In this document: one piece after another, positions 1-9,433 of the stretch
Layout of the letters: each line of letters begins with the position of its first letter
Position numbering within the stretch: the stretch's first letter is position 1
From: a virus
Virus record (IMG/VR): IMGVR_UViG_3300035182_001904
Direction: 5' to 3' (one strand)
Length of the DNA stretch: 64,000 bases
Notes under the pieces: model-generated
The model's database searches: none
What the model was told of the DNA's origin: nothing
Seen by the model: the letters and a program-made list of their open reading frames with translations, nothing else
Program-made: the position numbers and the translations under genes

Positions 1-1
1 A

Positions 2-346
2 GTTACGGCCATCGTCGACGGTCCTGCGTACCAGGTGACCAACGAAGTCACGGCAGCCACGGACGCAAGCACGGCTACTTACGTCTTCAAAACCTCGACC
101 AAGGTGTTCAACCACTACGCCGGCGCGAGCGACATGGTGCAGTGGCCTGACAGCTACGAGAAGGCGACCTTGTCGGGGGCCGCGTTCTATCGCTTGCCCA
201 GCGTGGTTCGGACGTGGGACACCGTGGTGTTGATGAACGCGGACTTGGCGATGTCTCTTCAGAGGTTGCAGTTCCTGGCCGATGAGCTGAATGCCCAGCA
301 GGACGCCCTGGTCATCGACCGCACCATCGTGGTTCAAGGAGCCTGA
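2..346 (+). CDS. Hypothetical protein, 5'-truncated by the window edge (probably virion-associated)
   Basis: Frame is open from position 2 to TGA at 344-346. Codon usage matches neighbours, and it is followed by an AAGGAG RBS for the next gene. Confidence 0.6.
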   Translation, partial: VTAIVDGPAYQVTNEVTAATDASTATYVFKTSTKVFNHYAGASDMVQWPDSYEKATLSGAAFYRLPSVVRTWDTVVLMNADLAMSLQRLQFLADELNAQQDALVIDRTIVVQGA

Positions 347-347
347 C

Positions 348-1370
348 ATGGCGGTCTTCGAACAAGAGCGGCATGTCGAGCTGGTCCCGTACGCTGATGA
401 ATCCTTCGTGATCACCAGCCGGATGGTCTCGGCGATCATCCCCGACCAGCTCCCGCACCTGAACGTCTTCGTGTTGTCGGTTCCCAACACCCTGGACCCA
501 ACCCAAGACGTGCTTGCGCGGGTCGCCAACCTTGCGGACCTCTCCTTGATTCCGATCGGGCGAAACCCTGGGATCGCTGCACCAGGTCTCAACGGCATCG
601 AGTACCTTGCGGACTCGTCGACCAATCGCTACGACACGCTCGAGACCGCCAACGCCGCAGCGAAAGCGTTCCAAGACCGCGTCAACGCGCTCATCACCGA
701 CTGGATCTCGTTCCGCACGAACTTCAACGCGCCCGATCCGACGCCGGCGTACTACACGTTCCCGACGGTCGACCCGTCGCAGAAGACCGCGCTCATCAAC
801 GCGTACGCGGCTGCCAAACAGGCAGGTTACACGCAGCTGCAGACGAAGAACGCCGCGGACGCCGCGCTCCTCGCGGCTCAAGCTGACTACACGTACAAGT
901 CGAGCCTGGTCCTGGGCGCCGCGACGCTCGTCACCAACACAACGCTCGTCAAGAACGAGTTCACGACGACGGTCACGCAGTACGGCACGCAGCTCACAGC
1001 GTTCATGTCGCTGTACACTGCAGGTCAGACGTTCGCATCAGCGAACCCGGCAGGTGTCGGCATCGCCGCGTTCAACGCAGCGCTGGCAACGGCCAACGCT
1101 GCGATCGGAACGGCCACCGCACAGCAGAGCGCGATGCCGGGGTACTTGACCGACGCGCAGACGGCGCTCACGAATGCGACGAACTACCAGATCGCACGGC
1201 AGAACGACCTCACGACCTCGTCCACGGCGCTGGGAACTGCACAGGGCAACCAGATCACTCAAGCGCAGCTCTTGACGGCGGCCAATGCAACGACTGCCGC
1301 GGCACTCGCCGCCGTCTACGTGGTGTGTCCGGACTTCGACCCGACATCGATCCCGTACGTCCCAGGCTGA
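348..1370 (+). CDS. Ala/Thr/Gln-rich coiled-coil protein, possibly structural
   Basis: ATG at 348 preceded by AAGGAG, a better start than the ORF-track start at 291. Long helical Ala-rich C-terminal half. Confidence 0.7.
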   Translation: MAVFEQERHVELVPYADESFVITSRMVSAIIPDQLPHLNVFVLSVPNTLDPTQDVLARVANLADLSLIPIGRNPGIAAPGLNGIEYLADSSTNRYDTLETANAAAKAFQDRVNALITDWISFRTNFNAPDPTPAYYTFPTVDPSQKTALINAYAAAKQAGYTQLQTKNAADAALLAAQADYTYKSSLVLGAATLVTNTTLVKNEFTTTVTQYGTQLTAFMSLYTAGQTFASANPAGVGIAAFNAALATANAAIGTATAQQSAMPGYLTDAQTALTNATNYQIARQNDLTTSSTALGTAQGNQITQAQLLTAANATTAAALAAVYVVCPDFDPTSIPYVPG

Positions 1371-1372
1371 TC

Positions 1373-1409
1373 AAAAAAAACGCATCCCCTCTACAGCGCG
1401 CTTGAGGGG
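1373..1409 (-). terminator. Intrinsic terminator, possibly bidirectional
   Basis: CCCCTC(1386-1391)/GAGGGG(1404-1409) stem with an A8 tract at 1373-1380 (U8 on the minus strand), between convergent genes. Confidence 0.65.
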
Positions 1410-1492
1410 GTAGTGTCCGCAAAGGTCGCGCGCGGCATCCGAGCCCAGGCCTTCGTCGTCCTTGCGGACTCCAGCTTCGGGCGCGTATCGAA

Positions 1493-1915
1493 CTACGTCG
1501 ACTTCACCTTCCGCTTCGTCGGGATAGCGAAGGGGCCGACCTGCACAGAACCGTCGCTACGCTCCTCGCGAATCGCCTGACGCAGGCGAGCCTCGTAGCG
1601 ATCGCCACGCCACGAGTTTTCACCGAACGCGATACCGATCTCCGGGTTCGACAGCTCGGCGATGGCGTAGACCGCCACGTGCCCCGGCGAAGGGAACACG
1701 CTCGCCACCATCTTCCGCGCCTCCGTCTTGGGAGGGCCGTCGTGCTGGTTGTCGCATGTCATGGTGCCATCGCCACGGGTCCAACCCCATGCCGTGCCGC
1801 AGATCGCGCAGGACTGGTAGTCGATCGTGAAGATCACCGCGTGAAAGCCTTCACCGCTGACGCCGTTGCGGTGATAGGCCACCTGAACGATGGTGACGTT
1901 CTCGAGGTCCTTCAT
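1493..1915 (-). CDS. Hypothetical protein
   Basis: 140-aa ORF whose start overlaps the upstream stop (ATGA). Contains CxxC and a further Cys/His pair. Confidence 0.65.
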   Translation of the reverse strand: MKDLENVTIVQVAYHRNGVSGEGFHAVIFTIDYQSCAICGTAWGWTRGDGTMTCDNQHDGPPKTEARKMVASVFPSPGHVAVYAIAELSNPEIGIAFGENSWRGDRYEARLRQAIREERSDGSVQVGPFAIPTKRKVKST

Positions 1916-3063
1916 GCAGCGGCCTTCACCTTCGCCGGCGGCAGCAGCAACTGTCCGGCGATCTCCTCCAGCTCGAGGCGGCGCTCGGCCGTCGCCGCGC
2001 TCTTGGCGAACCAGCTCACGGCGTTCGACAGCCGTGCCTGAGTCGTGCCCCGGGGGAGCATCTCGACATCACCGTCGGTGAACAGCTCCTTGACCTTGTC
2101 GACCTCACCCTTGAGCAGACCCATCTTGGGCAGCGCGGTCCACGCCTCCTTCGGATCGATGCGCTTCTCGAGCGCCTCGCCGATGCGCGCGACGAGCGTG
2201 TTCACCTTGTCGGGCGCGAGCACCTGGTGAACCATGTCGTGGATGGCAGAGACCTGGGTCTTGGTGTCGAGCAGGTAGGTCTCCTTGCTGAACTCCATGT
2301 CGTCCGACAGGCGCTTGCCGAGGTGGACCTGCCGCATGACCTGCTCGAGCGTTGCCGTGTTCGTGCAGACCAGGCGAGTGCAGAACGCGTTGAGCCCGAG
2401 CACGCCCTTGCCGAAGTCGGAGTTGGAGAGCTGCAGCCCGAACGCCAGGACCTCCTCCATGCCACGCTTCGCGGAGGGCTGGAACACCATCGGCAGGATG
2501 GCCTTGACCGCCCAGCGCAAGTCTCCGCCGATACCCTCGACGGGCACCGCGCCGATCTTACTGCACGCCGCCGCGAACGCTTCGATGATGGGACCCGAGT
2601 CCATCCGCTTGAAGCTGTTGGACAGGACGCCACGCACCTGGTCCCCGACCGACCGGACGAGGAGCTTCTTGTTCTCCTCCTCCTTGAAGATGCGCGCCAG
2701 GTTCTCGACGATCAGCTCGCGGCCGTAGGGCCGCTCGAGCAGCCGGTTGACGTACGTCCCGGGCACGCCCGCGCGCTCGCAGACTTGGTCGAGCGCGTTC
2801 TTGTGGAGACCCTCCTCGAAGTAGTTCTTGGCCTTCTTGTTGCGCAGCCCCATCACGATGGTCTTGGTGTCGTTGCCGTTGACCATGAACTGGAGCGTCG
2901 TCGAGTCCGCGATGCGGTCGACAGGCGTCTCGCGCTGCACCTTCTCGATGACGGTCATCGCGCTCTGCTGCGTGTTGTGGATCATCTCCTCGAGCTTGGC
3001 CTTGAAGCCCGCCGTGGCCTCGCCGAGGGCGACGTCGTAGTCCTTCTCGCTGTGGTGGATCAT
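1912..3063 (-). CDS. DUF932-family protein
   Basis: Motif LQLSNSDFGKG...FCTRLVCTN is typical of DUF932. AGGA RBS present. Confidence 0.75.
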   Translation of the reverse strand: MIHHSEKDYDVALGEATAGFKAKLEEMIHNTQQSAMTVIEKVQRETPVDRIADSTTLQFMVNGNDTKTIVMGLRNKKAKNYFEEGLHKNALDQVCERAGVPGTYVNRLLERPYGRELIVENLARIFKEEENKKLLVRSVGDQVRGVLSNSFKRMDSGPIIEAFAAACSKIGAVPVEGIGGDLRWAVKAILPMVFQPSAKRGMEEVLAFGLQLSNSDFGKGVLGLNAFCTRLVCTNTATLEQVMRQVHLGKRLSDDMEFSKETYLLDTKTQVSAIHDMVHQVLAPDKVNTLVARIGEALEKRIDPKEAWTALPKMGLLKGEVDKVKELFTDGDVEMLPRGTTQARLSNAVSWFAKSAATAERRLELEEIAGQLLLPPAKVKAAA

Positions 3064-3230
3064 CTTCTTGTCCTTCTAACTCTTGGTGTTTTCTTGTGAA
3101 TTGATTGGACGCACCATAGGCACGTCACGAAACGGTGTGTCTTGCGCTTTCTTCCCACACGCGGATGGCCGTCTACACGAGCCATGCCGAGGCCGTAATG
3201 AACGATGCCGCTGTCGTCCACCCAGTTCAT
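3060..3230 (-). CDS. Small hypothetical protein (56 aa)
   Basis: ATG at 3230 lies 2 nt after the VWA gene stop. MNWVDDSGIVH...TCLWC. Its stop overlaps the DUF932 start. Confidence 0.4.
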   Translation of the reverse strand: MNWVDDSGIVHYGLGMARVDGHPRVGRKRKTHRFVTCLWCVQSIHKKTPRVRRTRR

Positions 3231-3232
3231 GG

Positions 3233-4684
3233 TCAGCTCTTGTAGCGCTCGTTGTGCGCAGGGTCGCAGACGAGAATCTCGCCATACCCCTGCTGAAAGT
3301 GCTCGCTGTGCTGAGGCGTCACGAGCCACAGCACCGGAATTTCGTGCGGCAGATGATTCGACGGGCTGACCGCAGGTGCATAGCCGTCGGTGTACACCAC
3401 GACGATGTCGGGTGCTTTGCTGTCGTCCTTGGTGTACTGCTTCATGTGGATGAAGTAGGCATCGAAGTCAGTACCTCCGCGTCCTGTTATGGTCTTGGGG
3501 ATCTCGTCTCCCGAACGCAGCAACACGTCGAGGTGCGTTGCGGAATCTCCCTGCATGTAACGAATTTCCATGTTGTCATCGACGGCCAACATGTGCTGTA
3601 GCTCGCTCTTGACGATCTCCAGGGACTCGGTGGACATCGAGCCGGATGTGTCGACATAGAGAAACACGCGCCATGCTTTGTCCCGCACACGCCCCGGCGT
3701 GGGGATGATGCAGACATCCTCCTCAGCCAACGCCAACAGCATGCGGTTGGGTTGAGCGACGCTGCGTCGGTACTTCGACGTGCGCGACATCTTCGCGCGC
3801 GTCGCGAAGATCTCCCACCACGGTACGATGGGCTCGGCCAAGTAGGCCTCGAGCCACTCCTCCACACCGCCGGGCAGCGTGCCGCGCCCGATGCCACCCA
3901 TCGAGCGAACGACGGAACGCATCGTTTGCTTGAGCTGCTCTCGGATGCGGTGAGCCTGAGACAGCAGCTCGTCGGACGTCAGGTCCTTGAACGTCGAACC
4001 GCCGAAGCTTCGGTTCTTCACGTCTTCACCGTCACCGTCGCCACCTCCTTGACCCGGTTGGTCACCCACACCGTCACCGGGGGCTGATTTTTCTTCGTTG
4101 TCTTCTTTCTCACCGTCAGTCCACATCGAGTGGTCGGTGCCGCCCAGTAAACTCGAGAGGTCGATGACCTTGACCTTGCGCATCAACGACCACTGGTAGA
4201 ACTCGAAGGACCTTTCGAGAGGCAGGTCGAACTTCTCGGGCAGGCACATGCCGTTCCGTGGGTCGTCCGGAGCGCTCGGATTGGCCGCCTTGATCCGCCC
4301 GATCACAAGGTCTTCCGTTTCCTGAAAACCCTCATGCATTCGCAGCATTGTGTTGATCGCGCAGTCCATGCTGATGTTGGCGACCGCGCCTGCCTTCTTG
4401 CGCTCCAGCTCGTCCCGGCAAAGCGCCAGCAGCTCGAGGTAGCGTGGAATGTGGTCGAGCACCAGGTGCAGCATCTCGTGCTCGAGCACGAACAGCGCCG
4501 ACTTCAACGTGAGGAGTCCGAGGAACGCCGGATCGTAGAACAGCACGGCGCGCCCCTCACGGATGCCCACCGCGATGGTGCCCATGCCCGGCCGTGCCAC
4601 CCGCTCCAGGCTTGAAGCCAGGCGTCCGTAGAAGCTCTTCTTCTGGATCAGGTAGATGAAGAACTCGTTGAGCTTCAACTTCAT
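3233..4684 (-). CDS. Metallopeptidase-like + VWA domain protein (DUF2201-like)
   Basis: HEMLH zinc motif in the N-terminal half. VWA MIDAS DTSGSM, GRGGTDF and YTDGY in the C-terminal half. Confidence 0.85.
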   Translation of the reverse strand: MKLKLNEFFIYLIQKKSFYGRLASSLERVARPGMGTIAVGIREGRAVLFYDPAFLGLLTLKSALFVLEHEMLHLVLDHIPRYLELLALCRDELERKKAGAVANISMDCAINTMLRMHEGFQETEDLVIGRIKAANPSAPDDPRNGMCLPEKFDLPLERSFEFYQWSLMRKVKVIDLSSLLGGTDHSMWTDGEKEDNEEKSAPGDGVGDQPGQGGGDGDGEDVKNRSFGGSTFKDLTSDELLSQAHRIREQLKQTMRSVVRSMGGIGRGTLPGGVEEWLEAYLAEPIVPWWEIFATRAKMSRTSKYRRSVAQPNRMLLALAEEDVCIIPTPGRVRDKAWRVFLYVDTSGSMSTESLEIVKSELQHMLAVDDNMEIRYMQGDSATHLDVLLRSGDEIPKTITGRGGTDFDAYFIHMKQYTKDDSKAPDIVVVYTDGYAPAVSPSNHLPHEIPVLWLVTPQHSEHFQQGYGEILVCDPAHNERYKS

Positions 4685-4692
4685 GTTTTTCC

Positions 4693-4700
4693 CCTATAAT
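4693..4700 (+). promoter_or_regulatory. CCTATAAT -10-like element, probably driving a leaderless mRNA
   Basis: TATAAT at 4695-4700, ATG at 4706 (5-nt gap), no SD. The same 8-mer recurs before other genes. Confidence 0.65.
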
Positions 4701-4705
4701 TCAGC

Positions 4706-5695
4706 ATGGCCGTTGTGGACCAGTTTTCCGACCCCGTGATGGCGCACCTGGTGCGCCGCGTCTCCGATCGTCCGAAGCTCGCAGCAGCGATCCAGGACTT
4801 CGACGTCGACCGCGATGAACAGGACACGCTTCCTGCGACCGCGTTCGCGTGGTCCGAGAAGCGTGCCTTTCCTGTGCACACGCGCGAGCACACGATGCTC
4901 TCGCGCGTCTACCGTGAGGGCATTCCCAACGTGCCAGCACACGTCGACCGCGCTCTCAAGGAAGCGTGCGAGGTCTACGGCATCGACGACGGGCTCTACG
5001 CACGTCCCAAGGTCGCAGCGGCTCCCGAGTCCGCTGACGCCTTCCTCCTGCCCGACATCCGCCGGATGCGTGTCACCGAGGTCGGACACGTCAAGGAGGC
5101 CGAGGAGAAGCTGCGCACCGAGGGTCGTAAGCTCTCGATCGAGCACCGTGCTCTTGCCAGCCGACGCCTCGTCGAGAAGGCAGCATTCTTCGGCACAGGC
5201 GTTCGTGACGAGATCCGCAAGATGGCAGGCCTGACGGTCACCGACCGTCAACCGCTGGTCGACTGGCTCGAGGCTCGCCGCGAAGCCGCACCCGTCGAAC
5301 ACAAGGACGGCTACCAGAAGCTCGCGAACGCAGCGAAGCGGATGCCCGCCGAGCTGCGTGACCGTCAACAGCAGATCAAGCTGGCCGAGGCGATCGGCGA
5401 GCTGGACGAGATGTCCGGCCTCGATCGTTACTACGACCGCAAGCTGCCCGACCCGCTCATGACGGTCTTCAACTCGAGCAAGATTGCAGGGCAGGGTGTC
5501 ACGCTCGCGGGACGCTTCCTGCCGATCGAGCGCGTCGCGTCCTACCCCTCGACGTTCTACTCTGACATCCTCGGTCCCGACATCGTCCGTGAAGCCTCGG
5601 ACATGTCCGGCCAGATGGACCCCCAGCGCCTCGCACAGGTGCTCGAGACCCTGCCCGTCGACATGCAGCGCATGTTGTCCGCGCAGATGCGCTAG
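4706..5695 (+). CDS. Hypothetical protein with multiple K-x-A motifs
   Basis: 329-aa ORF with phage-like codon usage. Contains KVAA, KAA, KLA (x2) and KIAG. Confidence 0.75.
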   Translation: MAVVDQFSDPVMAHLVRRVSDRPKLAAAIQDFDVDRDEQDTLPATAFAWSEKRAFPVHTREHTMLSRVYREGIPNVPAHVDRALKEACEVYGIDDGLYARPKVAAAPESADAFLLPDIRRMRVTEVGHVKEAEEKLRTEGRKLSIEHRALASRRLVEKAAFFGTGVRDEIRKMAGLTVTDRQPLVDWLEARREAAPVEHKDGYQKLANAAKRMPAELRDRQQQIKLAEAIGELDEMSGLDRYYDRKLPDPLMTVFNSSKIAGQGVTLAGRFLPIERVASYPSTFYSDILGPDIVREASDMSGQMDPQRLAQVLETLPVDMQRMLSAQMR

Positions 5696-5704
5696 AGATC
5701 TTGC

Positions 5705-6349
5705 ATGAGCAAAGACCTCCTCCAGAATCCGGACACCGCTGCCGTTGTCCTGATGCAGGCTGCGCACGCACGGCTGGGCGACTTTCTCGCGTGGGAACCC
5801 GAGTCGATCTGGCTCGAGCTGCAGCATCGAGGCATCGATCTGCCGGAGAGCAACCGCGCCAAGCTCATGGCGGCTCTGACGCTGCGCCTCATCCCTTCGT
5901 TCTACTGGGATGCGATCACGTTCGAAAAGACGGCCATCGCCTTCGACGGCGCCATGCCCAATCCCGACACCCTCGAAGAGGCGTCGCCCGGACGCCTCGC
6001 GTGGGCCGTGGTCGAAGCTGCGTGGATCCTCCGTCTCGCGAAGGACGCGACGTGGGAATTCAACAGCGAGCCCCGCGCCTACGCCGGCGTGATCCTGGCG
6101 CGTGCGGGCTTTGTGCTCGCGCCCGAACAGCTCGCCTTCGCGCAGCCTACGTTGAATCGCGAGCGCTTTCACACGCACCTCTTCGAAGAGGTCAAGGAGC
6201 GTTGGGCACGTGTCGACAAGGATCACTTGGCAGCGTTGAGCCTGCAAGAGACGCCTGTCGACGTTCAGATCGCGCGTCTTGCCGCGGTTGAACTCCACGT
6301 GCGCGAACGCCACGCACGCGCTGAGCGGGACCTGGCCCGCGTTGCATGA
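5705..6349 (+). CDS. Hypothetical protein
   Basis: 214-aa ORF directly downstream of 4706-5695 and convergent with the AAA gene. Confidence 0.75.
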   Translation: MSKDLLQNPDTAAVVLMQAAHARLGDFLAWEPESIWLELQHRGIDLPESNRAKLMAALTLRLIPSFYWDAITFEKTAIAFDGAMPNPDTLEEASPGRLAWAVVEAAWILRLAKDATWEFNSEPRAYAGVILARAGFVLAPEQLAFAQPTLNRERFHTHLFEEVKERWARVDKDHLAALSLQETPVDVQIARLAAVELHVRERHARAERDLARVA

Positions 6350-6351
6350 CG

Positions 6352-7638
6352 TCACGACGGGCTCGCAGCCTGCGCTTCCTTCTGTGCTGCGATCTTGGCC
6401 TGGTGCAGACGCTTGAGGCCGTCCATGAAGACGGGCTCCTGTCCCAGCTTCTGATTCAGGACCAGCAGGAAGTTCTTGGCCTCGGTGCCCATGCGGTTGG
6501 CTTCATCGGTGAGCTTCTGGATGAACGACACCAGGATCTCCTCGGGCAGGTCTCCGATGAAGACGGACAACTGCTTCACGATCGACTCGGGCTTCTTGGA
6601 GAGATCCGCGAAGATGCGCGTCGCCAGGCCCATCGACAGCTCGGTGACCTTGTCCAGGCGGCCCTCACCCTCCTTGGGGATGTACTTCTTGAAACGCTTG
6701 CGCGTCTCCGTGTCGGGGCCGTAGCTGTTCAGCACGTCGTCCGGCGTGACGACCATCGTGTTGTCACGCACGAAGTCGAGAAACGCAGTGGCCGATGCCG
6801 AGCCGATCGCGCCTGCGATGGCCGCTCGTCCGATGGAGCTGTTCAGCGGGACCTTGGCCTCCTCGAACTGCACGCAGATGCGCGAGACGGTCTCCCAGGT
6901 GGCCGGGCAAGCGAACGCCTTGCCGGCGAGCGCGGCCATCTCGTCGTACCCGTGGCTGGGCTGCGCGCCGAGATGTCCGATGACGTGCTCATGGAAGCTC
7001 GCGTCCATCGCGTACTTCATGAAGTCGCCGTAGTTGTAGGCGACGCCGACGGACTGCAGGCGTCGACGCATCGCCGGGTCCCGCTCGAACTCGTTGACGT
7101 TCATGCCGCCGCCCGACGGGTTCATCGTCACCACGATCTGGATGCAGTCGTGGAGCTTGATGTCGCCGATCATGCGATCGCCGATCAGCACGAAGGCCGC
7201 ACGTGTCACCGACTTGTCGACGGCACGATTCAGCTCCTCGATCGAGAGGATCGGGCACATGTCCTTGGGGACCTTGCCCTTGAACTTCTTGCCCATCTGC
7301 TCAGCCCACTCGATGATGGGCTGGAACAGACGCGGCACGCGCTGGTCGAAGTACTGCTTCGTGTCGCTCGCCGTGGTCGGGATGAAGAAGCCCTCCTGGG
7401 TCGCGGTCGGCATGTGCAACGCGACGTAGGGCACGCCCTTGCCGCCGTTCCGGCGCTTGGCAACCTGCGTCGGGATGGCCGTCTTACCGATGCCCGACGG
7501 ACCGATCGCACACACCACCGTGCGTGTGCCGGCGTTCAGATTGATCAACTCCTCGAACACGCGAGGTGTGACCATCTCGACGCCGAGCTTGGAGGCGAAG
7601 GTTTCTTCCATCGAAGCCTTGGTGTCAGCAGTACTCAT
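6352..7638 (-). CDS. MoxR-like AAA+ ATPase
   Basis: Walker A GPSGIGKT, Walker B LSIEE-LNRA, sensor TMNP, DPAMRRR, CPATWE. AGGAG RBS present. Confidence 0.85.
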   Translation of the reverse strand: MSTADTKASMEETFASKLGVEMVTPRVFEELINLNAGTRTVVCAIGPSGIGKTAIPTQVAKRRNGGKGVPYVALHMPTATQEGFFIPTTASDTKQYFDQRVPRLFQPIIEWAEQMGKKFKGKVPKDMCPILSIEELNRAVDKSVTRAAFVLIGDRMIGDIKLHDCIQIVVTMNPSGGGMNVNEFERDPAMRRRLQSVGVAYNYGDFMKYAMDASFHEHVIGHLGAQPSHGYDEMAALAGKAFACPATWETVSRICVQFEEAKVPLNSSIGRAAIAGAIGSASATAFLDFVRDNTMVVTPDDVLNSYGPDTETRKRFKKYIPKEGEGRLDKVTELSMGLATRIFADLSKKPESIVKQLSVFIGDLPEEILVSFIQKLTDEANRMGTEAKNFLLVLNQKLGQEPVFMDGLKRLHQAKIAAQKEAQAASPS

Positions 7639-7663
7639 TTCATTCTCCTAGGTTCCCGTTGAT

Positions 7664-9277
7664 ATGTCGGAAGAGGTTTATCGTTCAACCATCGCGCAGG
7701 GGATGTTCTACGTCGACGGCAAGCCTTTGTCGCTCGAGGACTACCCGATGTTTGGCGCGGTGTACGACGGCAAGTACCCGCGCCTGCTCTTGAAGACGGG
7801 ACGACAGGTCACCAAGTCGACCACGCTCGCCGCCTTCATGATCGCGGAGGCCGTCGCGACCCCGAACTTCAAGTCCTACTACGTCTCGCCGACGCAGGAA
7901 CAGACTCGTAAGTTCTCGCACACCCGCGTCGCCAAGATTCTCGCCTACAGCCCAGACCTTCGGAAGGGTTTCGTCAACGCGAACTCCATTGACAACGTGC
8001 TCCTGCGAATGTTCAGGAACGGGTCCGAGATGGCGTTCACGTATGCGCTCGATGACCCTGATCGCGCACGCGGGTACTCCGCTGATCGTTGCAATTTCGA
8101 CGAGGTGCAAGACATTCTCTACGAGTCGGTCATTCCCGTCATCGAGGAATGTATGGCCAACTCGAGCTATCAGTATTCGGCCTACGCTGGAACGCCCAAG
8201 ACGATGGAGAACACCATCGAATTCTTGTGGTCCCAGTCATCACAGACCGAATGGTGCATGCGCTGCAAAGCATGCAACAAGTGGACGTTCATCGATAGCG
8301 TGAAGGGGTTGGGCAAGCTGGGCCCTGTCTGTATTGGCTGTGGTACGTACCTCGATCCGCGTAAGGGTCAGTGGGTCGACATGTCCAAGGACAAGGCGGC
8401 CGGCATCAAAGGTTTTCACATCTCGCAGGCCATCATGCCTGTCAACGTACCTGCGTCCTGGCAGCCCGGAACGTCAGGGTACGAAGCCGCAATCGAACGC
8501 TGGAACAAGCTGCTCTACAAGATGGACTCGCCCCTCTACGGCGAGTCGCGCTTCCTGAACGAGTGCATCGGCGTCAGCACGTCGACAGGCGTGCGTCTCT
8601 TGACCAAGGAGATCCTCGAGGCGCTCTGTGATGAGAAGCACGAGATGACACGTCTGCCGCTGCCGTTGTCGAAGGAAGGCATCGTGCGCACGGTTGCCGG
8701 CGTCGACTGGTCTGGCGGTGGCGCTGAGATCAAGGGCAGCGAGGGCATGTTCAAGTCGCGCACGGTGCTCCACATCTGGGGCCAGCAAGCCGATGGACGG
8801 CTCAAGACGCTCTTCTACAAGATCTTCCCCAACGGCCACGCGATCGGGTGGGTCGAGGAGATCGTCGAGCTGTGCAACGCCTGGGCAGTCCAGATGGTGG
8901 TGGGCGACGCCGGCGAAGGCGCCATCGGCAACTCGTTCTTGCGCGCGAAGCTCGGCGACCACCGCGTCACCTCCATTCGATACATGGCGCTGTCCAAGCC
9001 CTACGAGTGGAACCCGAACGGCATGGTCTACAACGCCGACCGCACCACGATGATCGACAACTTCGCACGGCAGCTCCTGCACAAGCAGCTGATCTACCCG
9101 ATGCTGAAACAGGCCCAGCCTGCCATCAACGACATCCTCAACGTCTACGAGGAAGTCACGATGCAAGGACGCAAGGTGTGGCGCCACTCTCCGACGATGC
9201 CCGATGACTGCCTGCATGCACAGCTGTTCGGCTGGTTCGCGTGGATCATCCTGACGCAGAACTACAAGTTCTTGTGA
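7664..9277 (+). CDS. terL: Terminase large subunit
   Basis: KTGRQVTKST Walker A, FDEVQD Walker B, CxxC..CxxC Zn ribbon, and RNase-H-like nuclease residues GVDWSGG, VVGDAG and PDDCLHA. Confidence 0.85.
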   Translation: MSEEVYRSTIAQGMFYVDGKPLSLEDYPMFGAVYDGKYPRLLLKTGRQVTKSTTLAAFMIAEAVATPNFKSYYVSPTQEQTRKFSHTRVAKILAYSPDLRKGFVNANSIDNVLLRMFRNGSEMAFTYALDDPDRARGYSADRCNFDEVQDILYESVIPVIEECMANSSYQYSAYAGTPKTMENTIEFLWSQSSQTEWCMRCKACNKWTFIDSVKGLGKLGPVCIGCGTYLDPRKGQWVDMSKDKAAGIKGFHISQAIMPVNVPASWQPGTSGYEAAIERWNKLLYKMDSPLYGESRFLNECIGVSTSTGVRLLTKEILEALCDEKHEMTRLPLPLSKEGIVRTVAGVDWSGGGAEIKGSEGMFKSRTVLHIWGQQADGRLKTLFYKIFPNGHAIGWVEEIVELCNAWAVQMVVGDAGEGAIGNSFLRAKLGDHRVTSIRYMALSKPYEWNPNGMVYNADRTTMIDNFARQLLHKQLIYPMLKQAQPAINDILNVYEEVTMQGRKVWRHSPTMPDDCLHAQLFGWFAWIILTQNYKFL

Positions 9278-9280
9278 GGG

Positions 9281-9353
9281 TGGACTCGAGGGGGATCGAA
9301 CCCCTGACATCTAGCTTGCAAAGCTAGCGCTCTCCCAGCTGAGCTACGAGCCC
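9281..9353 (-). tRNA. tRNA-Ala(UGC)
   Basis: Cloverleaf: acceptor GGGCTCG/CGAGTCC with a G3:U70 pair, anticodon arm CTAGC-TT TGC AA-GCTAG, T-loop GGTTCGATCC. Confidence 0.95.
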
Positions 9354-9355
9354 GG

Positions 9356-9426
9356 TTCGCGGAGAAGGACTCGAACCTTCATAAACGGCGTCAAAGGCCG
9401 TTGTCCTGCCATTGAACGATCCGCGA
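9356..9426 (-). tRNA. tRNA-Gln(UUG)
   Basis: Acceptor TCGCGGA/TCCGCGA, anticodon arm ACGGC-CT TTG AC-GCCGT, T-loop GGTTCGAGTCC. Confidence 0.9.
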
Positions 9427-9433
9427 GAAGCCG

